Source: a virus. From it: 64,000 bases of DNA. The stretch is taken from positions 59,281 to 123,280 of IMG/VR virus record IMGVR_UViG_3300020061_000004, one strand, 5' to 3'. Both the position numbers and the translations under genes were made by a program. Each line of letters begins with the position of its first letter. Positions within the stretch are counted from its first letter, which is position 1. Below are positions 20,595-28,167 of this stretch, piece after piece. The notes below the pieces were generated by a model. It did no database searches. It was not told where the DNA came from and was given only the letters and a program-made list of their open reading frames with translations.

Positions 20595-20665
20595 TCTAGC
20601 TTGTCTGAATCGAACAGCTCTTCATGCTTCCAAGGCACGGGTGCTACCATCACACCCCAAACTAG
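20595..20665 (-). tRNA. tRNA-Pro(TGG)
   Basis: Stem CGTGC/GCATG, loop CTTGGAA; weak T-stem. Confidence 0.75.
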
Positions 20666-20697
20666 AAATAAAAAACCCTCCTTTAAGGGGAGGGCTT
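20666..20697 (-). terminator. Attenuator terminator of tRNA operon A
   Basis: AAGCCCTCC-CCTTAAA-GGAGGGTTTTTTATTT directly ahead of tRNA-Pro. Confidence 0.85.
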
Positions 20698-20721
20698 GTA
20701 TGAACACGCTTGAAAATTTAG

Positions 20722-20802
20722 TTATCGTGATATAATATAGCCTCTCCCAACGATTGTATCGGGTTGAAAATTAAAGGTATTATTATGCCAATTCTGAATC
20801 AT
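20722..20802 (-). CDS. Leader peptide A (26 aa) MIQNWHNNTFNFQPDTIVGRGYIISR
   Basis: Hand translation; codons 3-16 encode only Q, N, W, H, T, F, P, D, matching the downstream tRNAs. Confidence 0.85.
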   Translation of the reverse strand: MIQNWHNNTFNFQPDTIVGRGYIISR

Positions 20803-20806
20803 ACAG

Positions 20807-20838
20807 CAAAGATAAGAAGAATATTTGATATTACCAAA
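20807..20838 (-). promoter_or_regulatory. Bacteroidota-type promoter of tRNA operon A
   Basis: TTTGG...TATCTTTG, ending 4 nt before the leader ATG. Confidence 0.85.
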
Positions 20839-20857
20839 TTTCTTATAAAAATAAATG

Positions 20858-20940
20858 TGGGAGCTGATGGAGTTGAACCACCCGAGTCCTAAGACAGCAG
20901 ATTTACAGTCTGCCCCGCTACCCCTACGGTATAAACTCCC
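20858..20940 (-). tRNA. tRNA-Tyr(GTA)
   Basis: Loop CTGTAAA, long variable arm. Confidence 0.9.
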
Positions 20941-21026
20941 AAATAGCTACCCTCGGTATTTCCGAGACCAGCTTACAATATAGGGTCACTCACTTAAGAG
21001 GCTCACTAGTTTCCTAGTTACTTTAG

Positions 21027-21113
21027 AGGAAGGTGTGGGATTTGAACCCACGGAACTTTTACATCCTCCGGTTTTCAAGACCGGTGCAATCAGCCAGACT
21101 CTGCCAACCTTCC
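21027..21113 (-). tRNA. tRNA-Ser(TGA)
   Basis: Loop CTTGAAA, long variable arm. Confidence 0.9.
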
Positions 21114-21187
21114 TAAAGCTCACCCCGTAGGTGAGCAGCGCAATTAAGGCTTTGCGATGCCATTACAGCCACCCTTTGGGCAGTGTG

Positions 21188-21272
21188 AGGAGAGTAGAAG
21201 ATTCGAACTTCTGGGGCTTTAACACCCAACACTTTAGCAAAGTGTTACGATAAACCTCTCTGACAACTCTCC
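21188..21272 (-). tRNA. tRNA-Ser(GCT)
   Basis: Loop TTGCTAA, long variable arm. Confidence 0.9.
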
Positions 21273-21277
21273 TTATG

Positions 21278-21357
21278 TATCCCTAACATGATTTGAACAT
21301 GCACCCCGAAGGAGCAGATTTTAAGTCTGCCGCGTCTACCAGTTTCGCCATAGAGAT
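21278..21357 (-). tRNA. tRNA-Leu(TAA)
   Basis: Loop CTTAAAA, Leu-type D arm. Confidence 0.9.
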
Positions 21358-21363
21358 AAGTTG

Positions 21364-21448
21364 TAGGTATAGTAAGAGTCGAACTTACACGCCCATTACA
21401 GGCATCAGTTTCTAAGACTGACGTGTCTACCAATTCCACCATATACCC
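21364..21448 (-). tRNA. tRNA-Leu(TAG)
   Basis: Loop CTTAGAA, Leu-type D arm. Confidence 0.9.
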
Positions 21449-21450
21449 AT

Positions 21451-21488
21451 AAAATAAAAACCCCCGCTATCCGAATTAGCAGGGGAGT
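21451..21488 (-). terminator. Attenuator terminator of tRNA operon B
   Basis: ACTCCCCTGCTAATTCGGATAGCGGGGGTTTTTATTTT directly ahead of tRNA-Leu(TAG). Confidence 0.85.
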
Positions 21489-21528
21489 GACGATATTGTC
21501 TTTTACGAACGCTTCTTTATCACATACT

Positions 21529-21591
21529 TTACCCCTTACTATCGAGTGATAGATAACTTAAGGAGAGCAAATATGAGTTTAAATTCTTCAT
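21529..21591 (-). CDS. Leader peptide B (20 aa) MKNLNSYLLSLSYLSLDSKG; an in-frame upstream ATG lies at 21657
   Basis: Hand translation; codons 6-16 encode only Leu, Ser, Tyr, matching the downstream tRNAs. Confidence 0.85.
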   Translation of the reverse strand: MKNLNSYLLSLSYLSLDSKG

Positions 21592-21665
21592 TTTAATTAG
21601 GGGTCTCAGGAAAGATATAGAAACAATCGTGTGTACAATAAATCTATATCTATCCATCAACACAA

Positions 21666-21697
21666 CAAAGGTAATACAAATAATTGATATTACCAAA
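21666..21697 (-). promoter_or_regulatory. Bacteroidota-type promoter of tRNA operon B
   Basis: TTTGG...TACCTTTG. Confidence 0.85.
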
Positions 21698-21705
21698 TTT
21701 AAGTG

Positions 21706-21778
21706 TAGTAATGATGGGAGTTGAACCCACTACCCCGGAGGTATCAGCTCCGTACTCTAACCGTTGAGCTACACTACT
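21706..21778 (-). tRNA. tRNA-Ile(GAT)
   Basis: Stem CGGAG/CTCCG, loop CTGATAC. Confidence 0.9.
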
Positions 21779-21780
21779 AG

Positions 21781-21852
21781 TGGACTGAGATGGAATTGAA
21801 CCATCGACTTGCACATTATGAGTGTGCTGCTCTACCCCTGAGCTATCAGTCC
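21781..21852 (-). tRNA. tRNA(CAT), probably Ile2 (lysidine) rather than elongator Met
   Basis: Loop CTCATAA; GGAC- acceptor like bacterial Ile2; next to tRNA-Ile; the leader contains ATA and no internal ATG. Confidence 0.75.
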
Positions 21853-21859
21853 ATAAAAG

Positions 21860-21931
21860 TACTCTGTGACGGTTACGATCCGTCTTCCACGCTTTGAAGG
21901 AGCGTTATCCTAGCCACTAGACGAACAGAGC
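21860..21931 (-). tRNA. tRNA-Glu(TTC)
   Basis: Glu-type body, stem ACGCT/AGCGT, loop CCTTCAA (C at 33). Confidence 0.8.
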
Positions 21932-21938
21932 ATATATG

Positions 21939-22010
21939 AGCACCAGTGGGTAATCGAAACCCAATCCGCGCATTGGAAGTGCGCTATAATAGCCGTTATA
22001 CGACTGATGC
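21939..22010 (-). tRNA. tRNA-Gly(TCC)
   Basis: Loop CTTCCAA, U73. Confidence 0.9.
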
Positions 22011-22012
22011 AT

Positions 22013-22087
22013 TGGTAGAGATACCAAGAATCAAACTTGGGTCTAGGGATTAGAAGGCCCTCGTTCTATTCATTGAACTACATCTCT
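22013..22087 (-). tRNA. tRNA-Arg(TCT)
   Basis: Loop CTTCTAA, CCA end. Confidence 0.9.
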
Positions 22088-22088
22088 A

Positions 22089-22164
22089 TGGAGGACACAG
22101 AAAGAGTCAAACTTTCGTTCCCTGCTTCGTAGGCAGGAGTTCTATTCAGCTGAACTATGCGTCC
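22089..22164 (-). tRNA. tRNA-Arg(ACG)
   Basis: Loop CTACGAA, CCA end. Confidence 0.9.
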
Positions 22165-22235
22165 TAATACTGGGCCAGAGTATACAGGTTACTGTCCCTC
22201 TATGAATTTCACATAGTTACCCCAGTAGAATACTG

Positions 22236-22308
22236 TCTCCCCGTTCGGAATCGAACCGAACCCCACGGTTTAAAAGACCGTTGCCTACAACCAGTTTGCT
22301 ACAAGGAG
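22236..22308 (-). tRNA. tRNA-Lys(TTT)
   Basis: Stem ACGGT/ACCGT, loop CTTTTAA. Confidence 0.85.
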
Positions 22309-22313
22309 TTTGT

Positions 22314-22353
22314 AAAAACAAAAACCCGAAGCTGCTAGTTGCGGCTCCGGGCT
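22314..22353 (-). terminator. Attenuator terminator of tRNA operon C
   Basis: AGCCCGGAGCCGC-AACTA-GCAGCTTCGGGTTTTTGTTTTT directly ahead of tRNA-Lys. Confidence 0.85.
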
Positions 22354-22375
22354 CTGTTAAAAGAAATTGTTAGTA

Positions 22376-22477
22376 TTATCCTAAATCAATATCTTGTAGA
22401 CATATAGCTCCGGAGCCAGGTTTTCTTCCTGCCTCGCGAATAATTTCTATGCCACCGATATTGATAACTAAATTCAT
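22376..22477 (-). CDS. Leader peptide C (33 aa) MNLVINIGGIEIIREAGRKPGSGAICLQDIDLG
   Basis: Hand translation; 12 of codons 7-19 encode I, G, E, R, K, matching the downstream tRNAs. Confidence 0.85.
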   Translation of the reverse strand: MNLVINIGGIEIIREAGRKPGSGAICLQDIDLG

Positions 22478-22481
22478 AATG

Positions 22482-22513
22482 CAAAGATATGTTAAATATT
22501 TGAAACTACCAAA
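22482..22513 (-). promoter_or_regulatory. Bacteroidota-type promoter of tRNA operon C
   Basis: TTTGG...TATCTTTG, ending 4 nt before the leader ATG. Confidence 0.85.
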
Positions 22514-22746
22514 TCTTGTTTTAAAAAGGCTATTACTTCTTTAAGTTCTTGTTCAGGAGTAGATGGCCTTATCATAAATTCTCTTTCCCGATTTGTTACC
22601 ATATATCCAAAAACATTTGAGGATGCTAGGAAACCCTTTGAAATATTAAGAAATGATGGAAGGTGTGTTCCAGACATAAATCCATAATCTCCTCTACTAT
22701 GAGAGAGTCCTGTCTCCTTATCTATATAAGCTAATACAGCATTCAT
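22492..22746 (-). CDS. Hypothetical protein
   Basis: 84-aa ORF. Confidence 0.55.
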   Translation of the reverse strand: MNAVLAYIDKETGLSHSRGDYGFMSGTHLPSFLNISKGFLASSNVFGYMVTNREREFMIRPSTPEQELKEVIAFLKQDLVVSNI

Positions 22747-23030
22747 TATACAAAGATTAAACTACACAATGCTTTTGATATCCATACAATCTCACCTTTA
22801 ACTGGTTCTTGATCAATCTCAATAGATATATGAGTGCCATCAATCCCTGCAAACTCTCCATTATCTAAGGGTGTCATATTCCAATGGCTTATCTCACGTT
22901 TATCATTGAGGATGGTATAATAGCTACCATCCTCTTTTATTAATCTTATGCCGGGACAGAGATATTTCTTTGGAATATATCTATCCCTCCAATCTCCCTG
23001 TATCATCAGAGTCACTCGTGTGGGTCTCAT
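22746..23030 (-). CDS. Hypothetical protein
   Basis: 94-aa ORF, TAATG coupling. Confidence 0.55.
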   Translation of the reverse strand: MRPTRVTLMIQGDWRDRYIPKKYLCPGIRLIKEDGSYYTILNDKREISHWNMTPLDNGEFAGIDGTHISIEIDQEPVKGEIVWISKALCSLIFV

Positions 23031-23054
23031 AACTAAAAAAAATTCGTTCGTACG

Positions 23055-23456
23055 TTAACTCAAATTATCACTATCCATACCAAGCCCGAAATCATCAATC
23101 GAATCTGGTTTGATGATAGTGTCATTAGACGCGCCTTCTCCAGATTTTTCTGTTATGAATCCGTGTATACTATACCCTGTAGCGGCTGTATAGATACGCT
23201 GAAACTCACTATAAGGCAATGCCACTACAAAACTATCCCCGTCCTTAAAACGCACCGTTGTCGATTTTTTATCCTGGCTACGATTGAATCGAGAGATATC
23301 ATTGATATCAAACGTCATAGGAGCATAGTCATAAAAGAACTCTGGTTGGAAGTTGTTCTGCTCTTCACCACTCAGAAGCTTCTTTAGTTGAAGTTCCTGA
23401 TCGTCCTCTTTCTTAACACGCATCTCTGTCCATCTCACCTGCATTTCTACTATCAT
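23055..23456 (-). CDS. Hypothetical protein
   Basis: 133-aa ORF. Confidence 0.6.
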   Translation of the reverse strand: MIVEMQVRWTEMRVKKEDDQELQLKKLLSGEEQNNFQPEFFYDYAPMTFDINDISRFNRSQDKKSTTVRFKDGDSFVVALPYSEFQRIYTAATGYSIHGFITEKSGEGASNDTIIKPDSIDDFGLGMDSDNLS

Positions 23457-23457
23457 A

Positions 23458-23673
23458 TTAATATACTTCTCCTATAAGTTTGTTTATTTTCTTCCTATCA
23501 CCATTTGTTTTAGTTACAATCTCCACTAAGGTTTCAAACCTGGAGCTTCTCAATACTAGAGGGGAAGTTCTATTAGAGAATAACAAGGGATAATGATCCC
23601 TTTCTACGGCTGCCCATTCCATCTTATAGGCATTGTAGTTAAATACCCAATTGTGTAAATTACTTAGTTCCAT
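23458..23673 (-). CDS. Hypothetical protein
   Basis: 71-aa ORF. Confidence 0.55.
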   Translation of the reverse strand: MELSNLHNWVFNYNAYKMEWAAVERDHYPLLFSNRTSPLVLRSSRFETLVEIVTKTNGDRKKINKLIGEVY

Positions 23674-23968
23674 TTATATCTACTTTTGTTGTTGCTTTTA
23701 AATTCTCTACTGTCTTTATATCTGCATCAGCTAACTCAGGGTGTTCTCGTAATGCTTTCTGCATTGCTTCTTCCCATTGTGCTGCTGTAAAGTTAACTCT
23801 TTTTTGTTTAGTAAACAAATATTTTTGCTTAATTTTCATGTTTATATTTTTCGTTTAAATTATCTACAAACTCCTTTAATATCTTCTTAGGTATTTTAGG
23901 CCCATATTTTATATATAGTGCCCCCATACCTTCTAGCCATTCTGCTGTTAGTTTGGCTTCTTCAATAC

Positions 23969-24724
23969 TTAGCCAAGATGTTTCATCCATTTTACTTCTT
24001 TTATAATTTCCCTCCAGCGTGTAGCTAAGAGGTTTGAATAAATACTATCATCAAGTCCATAGTTCCCAAGAGACCATCCATCATTACACTCTACCAATAC
24101 TGTCTCTCCTGTAGATAGAACACCAACATCCAGACTATATCCAGAAGGAGCTTCTGTATAAGCTGCTATCATCTTCATCACCTTCTCCTTATTGGGAGCT
24201 ATAAAAGGATCACCAAGATAGTGCTTCATTCCCTTTAATACTCCATTGATGATATAGCATCTATATTCAGAAACGAAGTCTACCACTTCACTATAGAATA
24301 TCTTTGTATCCTGAGGAATCTTACTGAAGTAAATAAGAGCATCTGTTGGTGTTTTAACTACTCCTGCTATAAACTCCTTAGCTTTTCCATCTGGCTTTAC
24401 AAATAGAGGCCATTTACGCTGCTCACTATACCAAGTAATATCCTCCATTTTACCATTTCCTACTTCTCTTTTAAGGAACTCTTCTTTCCATAATTGGTAG
24501 GGAACATTAATAGCCTGCTTTGGTGGTAGTCCTATCTTCTCGAAATACTTATTGGTGGTTTCTATATAAGCTACAAGAATTACCCAAGGAGCTACAGGTA
24601 CTTCATCAATATCCTCAAAGAATACTATATTAGCTTGCTTCCCTTTAAACCCCATATAGGCAGATACCATCCAGTCTGCGATTGGGAAGTTATTAAGACT
24701 CTCTATGTATATTTTATAATCCAT
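23969..24724 (-). CDS. ATP-grasp domain protein (DUF4343/R2K-like)
   Basis: PLFVKP, SEYRCYI, YSLDVG, LVECNDGWSLG motifs. Confidence 0.75.
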   Translation of the reverse strand: MDYKIYIESLNNFPIADWMVSAYMGFKGKQANIVFFEDIDEVPVAPWVILVAYIETTNKYFEKIGLPPKQAINVPYQLWKEEFLKREVGNGKMEDITWYSEQRKWPLFVKPDGKAKEFIAGVVKTPTDALIYFSKIPQDTKIFYSEVVDFVSEYRCYIINGVLKGMKHYLGDPFIAPNKEKVMKMIAAYTEAPSGYSLDVGVLSTGETVLVECNDGWSLGNYGLDDSIYSNLLATRWREIIKEVKWMKHLG

Positions 24725-24738
24725 TCTTTCTCAATATT

Positions 24739-25038
24739 TTATTTTCCATATCTCTGTTCATCTGGTGTTACTATAACTGTAAAGTTATTATATCTCAATG
24801 ACTTAGATTCTATAGGAGCATTAGTAGCCATCGCTCCATAATTATAATGTCGTTCTCCCTTAGTCATAATGTGCTCTATAAAGTCTGCTACAGAAGGCAT
24901 ATTCTTAGTAATAGTACTAAGCCTTGTCTGTATACTATCAAACACATTCTTGGAAATAATTTCCTGATGGGTGAGTGTATTAAGAACCAGTTGTATTTCT
25001 GTTACAGTCTGGTTGAGTTTATCATATTTTGCTTGCAT
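24739..25038 (-). CDS. Hypothetical protein (start MQAKYD)
   Basis: ATG 4 nt after a TATTTTTG promoter box; first gene of the minus-strand arm. Confidence 0.55.
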   Translation of the reverse strand: MQAKYDKLNQTVTEIQLVLNTLTHQEIISKNVFDSIQTRLSTITKNMPSVADFIEHIMTKGERHYNYGAMATNAPIESKSLRYNNFTVIVTPDEQRYGK

Positions 25039-25217
25039 GTGGCAAAAATACAATAATAAGACATACTTTCCAAATTTTTTACTACCTATTTTTTAACAAG
25101 TATGGATGTAATACCTCTACCTCACCAAGTGTATGGGTGCATATACCCAGTCTCAACAGCTCCCCCCCTTAAATCTAGCGGAGCGATAGTGCCCCGTACT
25201 TACACTAATACGTAATT

Positions 25218-25499
25218 ATGAACACGAAATTCACAGTCGTTGCATCTACAGCTAATCAGAAAGGTGGCTTTGTTTGGAAACTTACAGCTAATCAGGAAGT
25301 CACTGTCTTCGGTGTTAAGAAGCTCATCAGTCGCACATACTACATTGGTGGCATGCCTTCTGCTGCTGCTATTGGTGCTGTCATCGAGGAAGACATGGCG
25401 AAATTCGACGTCATTGAACGCGAGTTTCAGTTCCCTAATAAGGACACTGGCGAAGTGGAAACGATCAACCTGAAGTGGCTACACGCGAAAGCGATGTAG
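25218..25499 (+). CDS. Small protein with highly expressed-type codon usage; first gene of the plus-strand arm
   Basis: 93 aa, higher GC, biased codons, followed by a CCC-TTCG-GGG hairpin. Confidence 0.7.
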   Translation: MNTKFTVVASTANQKGGFVWKLTANQEVTVFGVKKLISRTYYIGGMPSAAAIGAVIEEDMAKFDVIEREFQFPNKDTGEVETINLKWLHAKAM

Positions 25500-25934
25500 C
25501 ATCCCTTCGGGGAGGCTGCTTATACAATACCTCAGACTAGTGTGAGATATTTATAGGGTATTGCTCTATAAATACCTCATATCTGGGTGATGTATATACG
25601 CAGTATTTATACACTATTCAATACCAGCTTGATTCTTTACGAGGACAGAAGTAGACAGCTTGACTGCGCATACCGTTAGTAAATACACTTATATATATGT
25701 ATACAATCATCAATGGCTGCTTAATTCCTACTAAGGATGCAGCTGAATGGGACAAGAAATGACTAATATAATACACACATGATGAGAATTGTGTGTGTAT
25801 TTTTCTTATTTCTATTGTCATAACCAATTGATTGTCAGTGTGTTGATGAGATAGGTAGGTAAAATAGTATGTATTTGAGGATATATTTAACATTAGTATA
25901 AAACACATTCCTAATATTTAATACTATTGCATTT

Positions 25935-26141
25935 ATGTCACAACATAACATTAATTGTCCTAAGTGTCATACTACTCATGAAGTAGATGTTCTTAGAAAT
26001 GGTGGGATTGCTGGAGTTATAGTTTCAGAACAATGTGGCTTTCAGACTAATAATAAAGCAGAGATTATGAAGTTATTAGGATTGGAAGAGATACATAGGC
26101 AGCGTGTTCGTGGTTATGAGATACCAGCACAAGACTACTAA
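25935..26141 (+). CDS. Hypothetical Zn-ribbon-like protein
   Basis: CPKC motif. Confidence 0.45.
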   Translation: MSQHNINCPKCHTTHEVDVLRNGGIAGVIVSEQCGFQTNNKAEIMKLLGLEEIHRQRVRGYEIPAQDY

Positions 26142-26269
26142 GATATTTCAGGATCAGGTATTCATAGAGGATTTTATTGGACTTAAAGAGAGGGTATTTC
26201 TATACTCTCTCTATTTTTACCTTCTTACATAGCATTTATTATCTTTTAATATCTAATACACACTTACAC

Positions 26270-26677
26270 ATGAACAAGGAATTTACACTTCAAAAGACCA
26301 ATGATTTGAAAGCTGTTGAAATAGTATTGATTGAGAATATCTATCTTGTATTAAAGAGGAGAGATGAACTCATCAAGCGAATTGTTAATCATGCAGATGA
26401 TTACAAGAAGGTATTAGAAGCAGCTGAAGAATTGAGGCATATTGATCGCTATAATGGCACAATGGATAACATGAAGAATCAATTATTTGAATATGCTTCT
26501 GTTGAGACATTGAGAAAGATAGTATATGAGGAGAAATTTGCTTCAGTATATAACTTTCAAGATCCATTTACTATTTCTAAGCTTGTGCTCAAAGAGTTTG
26601 GATATGGAAGTGAAATCAAGCAGAGCCATCCAAAAGCAGAAATAGCTAAGAAATTGGGTGCTAAAATAGTTATCTAA
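26270..26677 (+). CDS. Hypothetical protein (start MNKEFT)
   Basis: ORF followed by a hairpin. Confidence 0.6.
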   Translation: MNKEFTLQKTNDLKAVEIVLIENIYLVLKRRDELIKRIVNHADDYKKVLEAAEELRHIDRYNGTMDNMKNQLFEYASVETLRKIVYEEKFASVYNFQDPFTISKLVLKEFGYGSEIKQSHPKAEIAKKLGAKIVI

Positions 26678-26732
26678 GGCATTAAATAGAGGGCTTGTCC
26701 CTCTATTCCTTTTGTAATCAAACGTTTACATC

Positions 26733-26948
26733 ATGAAACGTATTATATATAAGATTGGTGGTAGCCATATTGGCCATATGGATACAACAATGTATCATTA
26801 TTGGATATCATACAATAATGGAGCTTATTTCTATCCTGTTCATTGTTCACATGAGCATTTTGCAATGCATATGCTGAATGTCTGGGATATGGCAGGATAT
26901 AAGGTAGAATACATTGAACATGGCATTCTAGCCACAGAAAAAGATTGA
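26733..26948 (+). CDS. Hypothetical protein
   Basis: 71-aa ORF. Confidence 0.5.
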   Translation: MKRIIYKIGGSHIGHMDTTMYHYWISYNNGAYFYPVHCSHEHFAMHMLNVWDMAGYKVEYIEHGILATEKD

Positions 26949-27145
26949 TTTCGGCCATCAATTCACAAGCATGTATTATTCCAGAAATGGTATAATATAT
27001 GCTTTTACACTGTACACTAATACTTAACATATGAATCCAAAACGCATTCTTGGATTGGCTTTCTTGGTATTATTCGTTTATTGGATAATATGCATGATGG
27101 CATAATCAGGACATTTGGGCGGACATCAACAGGACAGGGGAGGAA

Positions 27146-27529
27146 ATGGCTATAAGCCGCAATAGTTTCCTCCCTATTTTTAACTTTAAACTTTTAATCG
27201 TGATAATTATAAAGATTCAATTGTTTTTTAATATTCTTTTTACTGTGTTAGTAGCTCTTGGTATTTATGTAGATATTCAGCATATTACATATATGTTGAT
27301 ATTTGATGCTATTATGGCAGGTATTTGTGTTTATAAATGGGTAGCTTATTCCAGGGATATTGCAGAGATTGAATTGGAGGCTGAGATGAATAAGTGTATG
27401 GTAAGCTTATTGGAAGATCAACTTGCTATCACTGAGCGAATGTACAGGAATAAGTTTGAGGTATTTAAATCCTCTTTTAACCACAAAGAAAATTGTGGCT
27501 GTATTGTTTGTGCTATAGTAAAAGAGTAA
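27146..27529 (+). CDS. Hypothetical membrane protein
   Basis: Two hydrophobic segments; start uncertain. Confidence 0.5.
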   Translation: MAISRNSFLPIFNFKLLIVIIIKIQLFFNILFTVLVALGIYVDIQHITYMLIFDAIMAGICVYKWVAYSRDIAEIELEAEMNKCMVSLLEDQLAITERMYRNKFEVFKSSFNHKENCGCIVCAIVKE

Positions 27530-27936
27530 TTAATTACACTTTATATGATCAAGGTACAATCTAGTACTTACCCTTCTCAGACTCTATCATTTAATGAGTG
27601 GATGCAACACATCTATAAGCTCTTAAATAATAGATAAATCATTGATAGTTAGTATATTATAAGGATATTACCGTTTGGTATGATCAAATAATATGCTGAC
27701 TATTATATTTTTAACTCTAAATTATTAGATCGTGTTAACAAAAATATTCATGTTTCTCATATTCTTAGGTATAGCTATTGCATTATGGCCAATTGCTAAG
27801 GATAATGGTGATGTTTGTGCTGTTCTTATTGTGGATGGTATTATTGATGCTTGTTTTCTCTATTTTATATTAGAGAGCATCGAGAAGAGATTTAAAATTT
27901 AAGACATTCTATTTTTTCATATAACAATTTAATTTC

Positions 27937-28167
27937 ATGCCAGTCATTAAACAGGATCGTGTGATGCCATTTGCTTTTGTACATGCTAATGCTCCATTTG
28001 CATTTACCACTACTATTTACAGTAAGTCTGAAGGTGTTGAAGAACCTAAAGAACACATCTTCTTTAAGAAGGGTGTTAATAAGGCTATTACATCAGACAA
28101 GCGTGTAGTAGTATATTTTGCACCTAATGATAATGTACAATTGTGCAAGTTGGAAAGGAACCAATAA
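27937..28167 (+). CDS. Hypothetical protein
   Basis: 76-aa ORF. Confidence 0.55.
   Translation: MPVIKQDRVMPFAFVHANAPFAFTTTIYSKSEGVEEPKEHIFFKKGVNKAITSDKRVVVYFAPNDNVQLCKLERNQ

Noticed and set aside
19815-21442. ORF-track entries 19815-20087, 20134-20370, 20444-20707 and 21245-21442
   Set aside because: They overlap tRNA genes and are chance open frames
21860-21931. Possible opal suppressor (TCA) reading of the loop CCTTCAAA
   Set aside because: The five-pair stem ACGCT/AGCGT centres TTC, the body is Glu-type and leader C has GAA/GAG codons
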